The notes beneath the pieces are model-generated. The model saw only the letters and a program-made list of their open reading frames with translations. It did no database searches and was not told the DNA's origin. DNA of 63,558 bases, the filler included, from Rozella allomycis CSF55 (lineage: Eukaryota), in assembly GCA_000442015.1 (NCBI GenBank). It is 17 parts of 17 records of this genome, joined end to end, with 100 filler letters (N's around TTAATTAATTAA, not from the genome) between each part and the next. Parts side by side here need not be neighbours in the genome. Positions count along the whole stretch, not along the records: positions 50,899 to 56,363 come from KE560695.1; positions 56,464 to 62,122 come from KE560699.1; positions 62,223 to 63,558 come from KE560704.1; 14 more parts are not named here. One strand, 5' to 3'. The stretch's first letter is position 1, and each line of letters opens with the position of its first letter. Positions 53,449-63,558 of this stretch are shown here, piece after piece. A program made the translations under genes and the position numbers.

Positions 53449-56363
53449 TTAAATGCCACATTTATAGTGTTTAGGTAAATTAAGTTGTGTCATTCCATTT
53501 TTTATTTTGTCTTCAATAACCTTATCAACATATTTTATTCCAAAGTCTAAATAAAGATGTTTAATCGCACAGTAAAAATGAGAAATCTTGAAACAATCTT
53601 CCCAATCATTGACTAGCACTAAAAGAGTATTCAATTTTGAAAACAAAGGTTGGAAAGTATAGTCAGATAGCATTGATTTAACAGAATTATTAAACGAATT
53701 ATGAATTTTTTGTTTCTCATTTGCATCGGTAATTTTCTGTATCTTGTCGCTTACATTTCGGACTATTTCGTGAAGAATAGTAATAAACAATTTCATAGTG
53801 TCATGTTTGTCAGTAAAGTATCGAGGGAACAAATTATCTATGTATTTATTATTTGAAACTTTTAAGGTTGTTTCTAAAAAATTTTTCGCGTCATTGTGAA
53901 TATATTGTCCTTTCATAACATTATCATATAAGCTATGAAAAGTATTAGAGAGATTTTTCGATCTCGATGATGCTTGTTTATACTCTTCAACAAAAAAATA
54001 ATAGTTATTGAACAAGTAGGACTTCAATAAAGCACTAAATACTTTAGCCTCATCATCCTTTGCCGGCGACCAGTTATATGTCCCTTTCTTTGGCCTTTGT
54101 TTAGAATTAAATAGATATTCTAATCTCAAGTATGATACCCATTTTGAAATGTACTTCATGTATGGAATAAACATATGAAGAACAATGTCATCTGGCACGT
54201 TTGGTGTTAGAAAAATTGGTTTCAAATTTGGATTCACACTAGCCACACTTCTTGTTGACGAGGGTAAAAAGGCAAAGCAGAGAATTATGCCTAATTTGTC
54301 ATCAACTGCAACTTTATCAAAAATATTGTTAATATTATCATAGAAGTTTTGATCAAATTGAAAGCCTGGCGAAGATCTACTAGAGAGATCTACCTCTCTT
54401 ATTAAAACAGAATAATGAATGAATTCTAAAACCTCAAACACGCTCAAACGGTTGCTACTTAAATGCCATTGGAAGAAACTTGCCCAATCCTGTTGAAATA
54501 CGTTTTGATAAAGAATGCTATTGTTAATACTAGTGGCTTTTGCAAGAGGCATCGGTGTTCCACCTAACCGGACCACGTTATTATTAAACGAAATAACAAA
54601 ATCGTTTGGCAACATGAGCCATTTCTGCTCATCCCAGTTTTGATAATTCTTTGCAACCAGCGTTACACCTTGGACCCCTATTGTCAGTTGTTTTCCTGTT
54701 GAAAAATGAGATATCATGTTATGGGATCTTATAATCCATAAACTTGCAGTAACAGCAGCAGCCCTCCAGATAACTCCTGTACCATTACTATCGCCAGTGA
54801 GAAATGTACCACCAGAAGAAGTTATATAAACTGGCTTGCCATAAAACGTCGAGTAATCTTCTAATAATGACACACTATTATCTTCAAGATTAAGTATTCT
54901 GGGCAACCAATGCTCGAAAAACTCATTTTCATTTTTAAATCCCATCTTGCACGGAACAAACAAACCCTTCAGGTCAAACAATTTTGATTTAGGATTATAA
55001 AACCATTTTTTATATGATGGCACAATAGGTGGGAACTGGTCCACAAAATTACAAACTGTTTCTTCCGCAGATAATCCTTTCTTTACCGTCTTAAATTCCA
55101 TGCTTGTTAAAGATTCGATATTCTCTATATTTTCCCACTTACATCTCACGTCCTGTTCTGAAAAAAGCCCCTTGTTCGCACATGACACTGCCATTACGTC
55201 GTCTATATACCGTTTTTGTGTTGACCTATTTAAACTACTAAAATAAACCATTTTCCAAACCCTTTCAGGTACTGTTATTCTCCTTCGAATTGATTGAAGA
55301 AACAAGTCAGCACTATTTGACGTTTGTCGAGCTTGCACGGGCAAGTAATGATTGAGACAATTAATGTCGACCGACGAAAATTCTTTTGATCCTAGATAAT
55401 TCTTCCTTAATTTATATACTTTGAAGAAAATCAGTCAAAAGGTTTAAAGGACCTTGTACACCTTGTCTCGTAGTTGAAGTCAAGCATTTGTAGGGATCTT
55501 TAAATATGTCACTGTTTGGATGAGTCAGCCTTTCTGCTGTATTTATATGAATTGAAACGGGTTTGCCATCAAAAAGAAGGGGATCCATAGACACACCAGT
55601 TAGCGTCAAGATTTTGATTTGTCCACCTACAATTCGAGTACTTCTAAACTCTGCAAATGCTTCTTCAAATAAGTTCCAAAGATTTCCATCAAATTTCGTA
55701 TCCTTATTCATATTGAGCCTTTTCATTTCTTCGCATTGTTCAGTTAAATATAATCCTGAAATAAAAACATTTGAAGTAGCATGAAGTGCATTGGCATTAC
55801 GACTACCTTCTTTGAATCCCCGAAAAGATTGTGAAGGAATCATATGACCCATTGTGTATTTTACTGTTCCAGCATCAGTGACAGAATCAACATGGTTTCC
55901 AATTGGTTGAGGACTGTTTCCGTTAAAATAATCAAAAAAATACATCGAGGGAGACAAATCAGTAGATGGTGATGCCAGGTCCACTACCGGGAAAAACCGA
56001 GTCGGCTGCTTGTTTATTCCGACCAACTGACGCGAAGGTTCAGGAAAAATGTTAATAATTGATCGAAGTTCTTTGATATGGTAAAGACTTACATATACTT
56101 CCTCATTTTCTGACGTATAGAAACATAAAAATCTAATATCAACCATGTGTTTATACTGCATCTGTACTTTGAGATCAAAAATATCCTTGCATTTAAAATT
56201 CTTAAATTTCGAGACGAATTTAGATTGAGAAAAGGGAGGATCTGTAGGTTTTTCTGCAATTTTTATATTAACAAACCTTTTGTTCGAGTCTTGTGGATCT
56301 TCCAGTGGCGAACCGCTAGTGGGGAAGTTTGGATACTCACAAAAGAGACAATATTCGGATGAC
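53449..56363 (-). CDS. Multidomain protein: EndoG/NucA-like non-specific endonuclease, ricin-B-like region and helical tail (5' truncated)
   Basis: MGHMIPS, N.....WNLFEE, ILTLTGV and ITVPERVWKMV. A 28-nt intron at 55392-55419 fuses the two ORFs in frame. EQKW/FQW repeats follow. The frame is open to the contig end. Confidence 0.65.
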
Positions 56364-56463
56364 NNNNNNNNNNNNNNNNNNNNNNNNNNNNNNNNNNNNN
56401 NNNNNNNTTAATTAATTAANNNNNNNNNNNNNNNNNNNNNNNNNNNNNNNNNNNNNNNNNNNN

Positions 56464-56606
56464 ATTGAGGCAAGGTACAGATCGTCGTCGGGAATGTTCA
56501 AATTGAAATTGGTAGGGGACGGAGTGTGCGTGTACAGCATGTATAGCAGGAAAACGAGGAATAGGCGGATGGACGTTCGGTAGTTGAACTTTCTTTTGTG
56601 GAGCAT
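56464..56606 (-). CDS. N-terminus of a probable type II membrane protein (truncated)
   Basis: MLHKRKFNYRTSIR, then a hydrophobic LFLVFLLYMLY segment and a stem; runs into the linker. Confidence 0.4.
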
Positions 56607-56777
56607 GGAATGGTAAACAAATGCAACGGCAACAGAATTGGGGTTCAGCCACTTAAATATAATTAAGATGTTTCGATTTTACAAAGTTTTGGACTCTAGT
56701 TTATTGGAACAATAATACTAATTTAAATATTTAATAGCATTAACGTGAATGGATTTAATTATATGCAGAATGTTTAT

Positions 56778-57920
56778 TCATGTTGCATTCATTTCAACAA
56801 ACGCATCCTTGACACCATTATTCTTTCCAGCATTATTCGTCGTTGCTGCCTCAAATGCCTCATAAGTTCCAGTTTCATTATTTTGCTTAACGTCTTTCGC
56901 ATCTTGCGTATTAGATTTTAAAATCTGTTTAGCTTGATCAGTCTGTGGTTTTTGCTTGTACTTTTTGGCAAGTGACAAACAATCATTCAAATCATCCTCA
57001 ATATTCTTGCAATACTTGTCTAATGGCAGATCATTGTACTGGAATCCAAACGGATTCTCAATTTCCGAGCCGATTCTGAAAATACCAATCAGTACGTAAA
57101 AGACAACGAATGCAGATGGTAATGCTAGAAATCCTAATGAGCCGACGATTGAAAAGGGAAATGTTATACAGTACAGAGCTAGCACTTGCTCAAGATGGAT
57201 CATGTAGGCGGGGGATATTGGTGTTCTGGCGATTCTCTGGCAGCCAAGATGCGCATTAGATATTTCCGAGACCATCAGCTCTAGTACTCCTGCAGATCCA
57301 TTATCGATAGAGCCTTTCGTTTTTTGCTGCTTGATGAACATTCCCAGCTGGATTATTGCTTCAATTATATTAGTGTTCGGAGTGTCTCGCGGTTTCAGCA
57401 CAATCTTTGGCTCGTTTGTGATTTTCTGGACTTTGGGTTCCAATTCGTCTTGGCTTTTATTTTCAAGTGATGCGGGCTCTTTTAGTTTCTTCAGCCAGGA
57501 TCCCAATGAGTTTTCTATGGTTATTTCAGACTCGCTCCTTAGATCATCCTTGATTTTCTTGCACAGGGTTAAAAGAAGAGACAAGGCGTTTTCTTTATCT
57601 TTTTCTGAATTATCTGCAGTGTCATTAAGATTGACAGCAAGGACTCTTCCGAATGTTCTTGCGTTTGTATGAATTTGGGTCCAGTATTTTCGGCCTTCCC
57701 AGTATCTGTCGTATGCCGTGTTGTTTCTGAAAACTAATAACAGACCAACTGTCAAAGAAAGTGCTGACACGAATGGAAGATTGTTGCTGCTCACTTTGAT
57801 GCCATAAAATTCTAACAGGCATAACATTAGCGTGAAGAGCATTAGTGAAATCATAGGGATTGCAATGTCAGTCATTATAGATGCCTTTACATAATGCCTA
57901 AAAGTTCTTAACCAAGTCAT
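56778..57920 (-). CDS. Bestrophin-family anion channel (YneE/VCCN1-like)
   Basis: LLLVFRNNTAYDRYWEGRK, QRIARTP and EIENPFG...NDLPLD. Confidence 0.9.
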   Translation of the reverse strand: MTWLRTFRHYVKASIMTDIAIPMISLMLFTLMLCLLEFYGIKVSSNNLPFVSALSLTVGLLLVFRNNTAYDRYWEGRKYWTQIHTNARTFGRVLAVNLNDTADNSEKDKENALSLLLTLCKKIKDDLRSESEITIENSLGSWLKKLKEPASLENKSQDELEPKVQKITNEPKIVLKPRDTPNTNIIEAIIQLGMFIKQQKTKGSIDNGSAGVLELMVSEISNAHLGCQRIARTPISPAYMIHLEQVLALYCITFPFSIVGSLGFLALPSAFVVFYVLIGIFRIGSEIENPFGFQYNDLPLDKYCKNIEDDLNDCLSLAKKYKQKPQTDQAKQILKSNTQDAKDVKQNNETGTYEAFEAATTNNAGKNNGVKDAFVEMNAT

Positions 57921-58030
57921 TCTGTATTGTCGGAAAATTTTGGAGGACGTTGTTAAATTTGGAGGCACGGAAAAATTAAAGCGGTGTCATATGTTACCTA
58001 TAACAATTAATGGTTAATATTAAATTGCAT

Positions 58031-59665
58031 TTATTGAAATATTATATGTTTCCCTAGTTCTGCAAGTCCATTTATTTCAGTTATCAAGTTTCTAGCCTTT
58101 AACCACTCCGTAAACTTTGTGTCAAATTTATTTTCAAACGACGATTTCTTCGCTTCTTGTATTTTGCCTCTTAATTGATCAAACTTTTCCAATTTTCGAA
58201 GCCATGCAGATCGATATTCAATTGGTAGTGGAATAACCCATTCGTCTACATGAAATTGTGAAGCAATAAATTTTCTTCTTCCATTATCATTAACTGAATG
58301 TAATTCAAAGGGTACCCTGAAAACATTAAACTTTTCAGGGGGTAGAAGGGATGTGCAGTTATTTTCTTCCCAGACATATCTTGGACTGAATACTCTATTC
58401 GACTGGCTGTTTGGGTTAAATCCATTTCTTTTTAAATCTGTGTCAATTGTAGGATAGTCTGCGTTAAAAGGACCCAAAACAATTTGAGAGCAGGTTGAAG
58501 ACCAAATAAGCGGAGAATACAATGTATAAAGGTTCAACTGAACATTGGTCGAATGGGCTATTGACATCTGCCCGCACACGGCAATTATTTTTATATTGTC
58601 GGAATGATAAATATGAGCTATATTTTTAACGGAAGTAATAAAGATAGTGCAATTTGAACAGTCAGAAATGGTCATATTCCTTGCCGTACCAAAAAAGTAA
58701 ATGAATGAGAAATGACATTTGTGAATTCTAATATTTGTCAAGTCTTGAACAACATGTGGCTGAACCCAAATTACAGATTTTGTTTTACCTTTAATCAAAC
58801 CAGTAGGCAAAATCCTTCTATCTCTCTCAAAGAAACTTGAATCCAATTCAACATTGTTGGCGGTTCCATCCGGAAGAAATGATATTGTCGCAAAATAATG
58901 TCCTCTTAAACCGATTAGGGGGACCATCCAATCCAAAATATTCTTTAAAATTGTCTTTTCTTTTGTCTTTCTATTCATTTGAGCAAAGATCGCAGATAGT
59001 TTTTCTTGTGAGTTTCCAAGTTTGCTGTCGTTTAAATATTTCAAAAATGGATGAAAGAGGTCTAAAATTCCAATTTCAATACTCTCATTTTCTATCTTAT
59101 TCAGCGAAATGACGCGCTGTAGTTTCCATGATAAAAATAGAGCCAAGAGCTTTGCCAAATGATTCTTAACAAAAGCAAGTATTGAATGTCTGTCATTTTC
59201 TCCTATTGAAGCTCTTGAAGATGTTAAACGCATGTTGGGCTTTTTTTCAATCACTTCATTGCCATTCAAGTGCAACGAATGGATAGTTTGACATCTGGGA
59301 CTAAGTGGAGGCGTATTCATTGGTGACTGTGGTAATGAATTACATGGTGTACTTTTTGGGTAAACGTCACCACTTGCAACCATTTCTTTGAAAGTTGGAT
59401 GATGAAACAATTGGACAAACAAAAATATCAGGACATTCTCACTTGTGACACATTCACTGTAAATTTCAAGTGTTTCGTACATTATTATTAGTTTGGTTTT
59501 AGGACAATCAGTGAATACTTTCTGGAAGCTGGAACGTGTGACAATTTCACCTTGCGGTGGTAAATTTGACGCTATTTTCAAAAGATTATTAAAGGAAAGT
59601 GTTTCAATTGGTGGGAGCAAGCAATATTCAAACCATTCCTCGACAATTAGTAAACGAGGATTCAT
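58031..59665 (-). CDS. TBCCD1: TBCC domain-containing protein 1
   Basis: Beta-helix IHKCHFSFIYF..RNMTISDCSNCTIF...LGPFN..YP, LLPPEKFNVF.VPF, and N-terminal FLFVQ motif. Confidence 0.8.
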   Translation of the reverse strand: MNPRLLIVEEWFEYCLLPPIETLSFNNLLKIASNLPPQGEIVTRSSFQKVFTDCPKTKLIIMYETLEIYSECVTSENVLIFLFVQLFHHPTFKEMVASGDVYPKSTPCNSLPQSPMNTPPLSPRCQTIHSLHLNGNEVIEKKPNMRLTSSRASIGENDRHSILAFVKNHLAKLLALFLSWKLQRVISLNKIENESIEIGILDLFHPFLKYLNDSKLGNSQEKLSAIFAQMNRKTKEKTILKNILDWMVPLIGLRGHYFATISFLPDGTANNVELDSSFFERDRRILPTGLIKGKTKSVIWVQPHVVQDLTNIRIHKCHFSFIYFFGTARNMTISDCSNCTIFITSVKNIAHIYHSDNIKIIAVCGQMSIAHSTNVQLNLYTLYSPLIWSSTCSQIVLGPFNADYPTIDTDLKRNGFNPNSQSNRVFSPRYVWEENNCTSLLPPEKFNVFRVPFELHSVNDNGRRKFIASQFHVDEWVIPLPIEYRSAWLRKLEKFDQLRGKIQEAKKSSFENKFDTKFTEWLKARNLITEINGLAELGKHIIFQ

Positions 59666-59786
59666 CTATCAATTTCCTAAATTTCGGTAATTGCATCGAC
59701 AAAAAATAAGTCCAAATAATTAGATAATTGAATTAAAATTAAAATAAGATAATATAGTTTATTTGTAATTAGCCATACACCATAAG

Positions 59787-62122
59787 TTATAACAGCTTTC
59801 TTTGTTTCATTATATCAGACAACACATTAATAGAGTGAACATTCAAATAGGCTTCTTGTTGAAAGATTGCAATCAATAGGCTTTCAATAAATGAATTTCC
59901 CTTGTCAAACTTGTCATTGAATTTTATTTCCTCTAATATTTCTGATATTTTTTGGGAAAAGATTCTCCTTGGCAAAAGCCCGTGATGTCTGAAAACAGAG
60001 GCCGCTTTGATAGTATTAACGAGTCGTCTTTCACAGTTGATCCACGCGCATTCTTCATGCTGGTCAAAATGAGGGTCCAGGAATGTAAAAAATACTAATT
60101 CAAATATTTCAGATACAGAAAAAGATGGAATAAAGATTGAAGAACCATTGGCAATTACACTAGAGAGTTTGAAAACTTTTGTGTCATCCTCAATGAAAGC
60201 GAAACAATGCATGATGTTAAAAATGCCAGTGGCCTTGTCTTTTGTATGTTTAATAATTGCATTAAATAGATTGGACATTTTTTCAAAGTTGTCATTATCG
60301 ACAAGTTTCTTGTAAATTTCCATGTTATCCAAAAAGGCATTGCTTTCTGCTGCCTCTTTTGAATCATTTTGTGAATCAAGTTCATTTCCATTAGTAATTT
60401 TTTCGTTGGCAACTAGGACTTGGCCCTTTGATTCTTCTAATTCACTTTGAAAGTCATCCTCTGCTGAGACTTCCAGCTCACGATAGACATTGTCCAAATC
60501 ATGTACTTTTTCATCAAGTTTATCTAAATCTTCCTCGTTTTCTTTAATTATACCAGTAGAAATCACTTCCAACGGTTGATCGATACAATCAATTTGTTTC
60601 TTGCTCTCGAATGACATAATTGAAGAATCTGAGATACTAGAAGTAAAATCGTCAAGACTATTGAAACTAGTTTGATCAAAAGAATCGATATCATCAGAAT
60701 TCAAAGTAACGTCAGAANNNNNNNNNNNNNNNNNNNNNNNNNNNNNNNNNNNNNNNNNNNNNNNNNNNNNNNNNNNNNNNNNNNNNNNNNNNNNNNNNNN
60801 NNNNNNNNNNNNNNNNNNNNNNNNNNNNNNNNNNNNNNNNNNNNNNNNNNNNNNNNNNNNNNNNNNNNNNNNNNNNNNNNNNNNNNNNNNNNNNNNNNNN
60901 NNNNNNNNNNNNNNNNNNNNNNNNNNNNNNNNNNNNNNNNNNNNNNNNNNNNNNNNNNNNNNNNNNNNNNNNNNTCAGCAATTTCCCTTTTCTTTTCAAT
61001 TTGGCTTAACATCTGTGCAATTTTGGCTTGTCGTTGTTTTTGCTTTTTCTCTTCAACTAGCTCTTGTAGATTCTTTTGAATATTTGAATATTTTTTCCTC
61101 TCCAAAAATTGGAATATATCTTCCCCGTAAACATTTTTCACGCTGACAGATTTTGGAAAAGTGTCTAATATGAACTCGTAAATTTCAGAATCCCAATTGT
61201 CTCCTGCAGCTGCTAGAATTAAAAGACTATGAAGATAAGGAGTTTTCATATCCAAACTAGTTTTTAAATATTCTGGCTTTGTTTTCATATAATGCTTGAA
61301 TAAGTCATTACAGCTATGTATCAATAAAATTTGCGAAACAGTAAAGCTGGATTGTACTCGATAAGACAATGGATACAAATTTTCATCAATTAAAAATTTA
61401 ACATACTCAAAGTCCTTCAATATTATATACTCCTCGATTAAATCATATCCATTTTTTGAAACATCTCTAATGATATAGTAATCATCTGGGCTAATTTTGG
61501 ACAAGGCAAATTTGTATGGCTCAATTGTTTTCTCTTTGAATGCTTTGTATGTGTGGAAAAATCCTCTTCTTTTGTTGTTTCTTAACAAAAGGAGATCAGG
61601 AAAGTCTTCTGCGATGGCTTTGAAAATAGAAATAGCCTTTTCTATATCATGGATTACTAAAGCCAATTCAGTAAATGGAACATAAATTGTTGTGTTGGAA
61701 GAAGGTTCCACATATTCATATAAAAGGTCTTCTGCTTGAAGAACATTCAATTTCTTAATTTCTGGATAAAATATAGAGAAGTTGCTATGATACTCCGTCA
61801 TTAGCCAAGACAGCATATCTCTAGCTTCATATGTAGTGGTTACACGGCTCTGCAGAAATAGTTGAAACGCATAAAGATCTTCTTTTTCAAAAATTGGAGA
61901 AATCATGTTTAAAATTTCCTCATCGTAAGGCTCCTCTGGCTTTTGCTCTTCAATCATCAACAAATGATCAATTTGTGTAGTTTTAACCTTGCATTCACTG
62001 TAATATTTACCCAATATTGGGTCATTTGAAACAAATGTTAACCAAGCAACAAATCTATTCAAATACTCAGGTGTATAGTCATTCTTAGAGTTGATTTCAA
62101 GTGGCGTCACTATGCCACGTTT
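59787..62122 (-). CDS. Hypothetical protein(s) with ankyrin-like repeats and acidic region, spanning a scaffold gap
   Basis: Open frames either side of the N gap 60718-60974; TPYLHSLL...SVKNVYGED is ankyrin-like. One gene or two cannot be decided. Confidence 0.5.
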
Positions 62123-62222
62123 NNNNNNNNNNNNNNNNNNNNNNNNNNNNNNNNNNNNNNNNNNNNTTAATTAATTAANNNNNNNNNNNNNNNNNNNNNN
62201 NNNNNNNNNNNNNNNNNNNNNN

Positions 62223-63558
62223 CGCACAATAACGAGTCCGTTGCACATTGGCTAACAAGGCAAAATAAATTAAACCAACGCTGCAACTGGGATGTACCGA
62301 AGACAGATTTGTTAAAAGAGTTCCTCGCTCCATATTGGAAGTCCGAAAATGTCTCCAAGATTTTCCAACGGCACCCAACAGCTGTTTGTGATTCTGTTCA
62401 TTCACAGAGTTTTCAAGTCTTATTCTCTTCTAATGATCTATATTCCGTTGCCATTGCTTGTTTCCATTCATAAGCTTCTGCGCCACCTAAAGCTTCCTTA
62501 ACATTCCTTGGAATTTCGTTAGTTCTACCTGTACTTAGTAATGCCACGCCTTTGAAGTTAAATAATTCGGCATAGTCTTTCCGCTCTATTTTCGTAAATT
62601 TCGTTGCCTGGGTTGAATGGTTTCGTTTTTAACATTTGCATTCTCCTCATCATTCTTATTCTGTCAATGAATAATTGAATTAACCAATAATTTGTTTAAA
62701 TCTTCTTTACAATTATACTGTTTATTTGTTGATGTTTCTTGATTCATAATAACTTCGTCGACAATTTCATTGTTCAATAAATCTTCTTCTAAACTTGTTT
62801 ACTTCATATTGTTTAGTTCGTGATGATTATTAGTAAATTGAACATGAGTCGATGCAATTACTCTACTTGTCTTTCCAACTCGTAATCTATAATTTCTTTC
62901 GGATAAGTCATAACCAACTAAAATGTGCTCCTCTGTGTGCTCGTCTAATTTTTGTCTTTTCATTTTCGGAGAATCGGAATATAGACGAAACATGTTATCC
63001 CTATTGTTCTGAAATGTGCCACCGAGGGTTTCGTGCCTGTAAATGCTTCCACAGGTGTTATGTTTCCTCGTATGCTGGTTGGTGACCGATTATGCACATA
63101 ATGCACCATCTCTCCCCAGCACGTGTCTGGTAATCCTGCTGGCCTCAACAAACAACGTGCCGCAGCCATCAATAAACCATTTTTTAGTTCAGCTGTTCCT
63201 TCATTTCCGATGTGTATTTGTCTGTCAAATAATGTATGATTCCCTTTTCTCTAAAATATTTCTTGAGTTCCCCATCAACACACATCCCCCTCTATCGCTT
63301 CTAACAGTTTGACCTTCCGTCCTGACTGAGTTTCAATAAATGTAATGATTTCTCTTAATGTAACTTTAGCTTCAGCTTTTCCCTTCAACAATCGTATCAA
63401 ACACATTCTTAAAAAAATATCAATGACACCNGTATCAAACACATTCTTAAAAAAATATCAATGACACCATGCACATACCACTTTCCACTTTTCGTTTCCA
63501 CTTACATTGGCACACACAAATCTGTATGCAATACTTCTCCAATGTCTTTTGCTTGAGG
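62223..63558 (-). mobile_element. Degenerate Ty1/copia integrase-to-RT region
   Basis: AARCLL..AGLP..CWGE..NRSP...TPVEAFTGTKPSVAHFR, LVGYD, then PRNVKEAL..WKQAM..E..SL..N and VGCRWK, with many stops and frameshifts. Confidence 0.88.

Noticed and set aside
60672-61079. ORFs running through N runs
   Set aside because: Artefacts of translating gaps.

Overview
AT-rich, very gene-dense eukaryotic DNA. About 17 short contigs are concatenated with artificial N44-TTAATTAATTAA-N44 linkers, so adjacency across a linker means nothing. Gene content (SMC1, MER3, RPA1, STE12-like, TBCCD1, NOX, SUZ12 VEFS box, Crinkler-like nuclease) and uniformly tiny introns (26-31 nt) suggest an early-diverging zoosporic fungus or cryptomycete such as Rozella; this is inference, not a database match. 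The main discovery concerns introns. Every intron longer than 31 nt that I could define is a head-to-tail array of complete 26-31 nt GT..AG mini-introns joined at TAG|GTAA junctions with no exon between them. There are four in SMC1 (7, 5, 6 and 2 units) and one in the mitochondrial uL24 gene (2 units). This points to a length-limited spliceosome that removes long introns in steps. Two candidate GT-TG introns of normal length support a ruler model. Other points: a TIR element carrying an F-box gene, a gypsy LTR with a Tf1-like self-priming signature, a nuclease plus ricin-B-like toxin architecture, D5-primase-like relics flanking a TADA1 fragment, and secreted repeat effectors.
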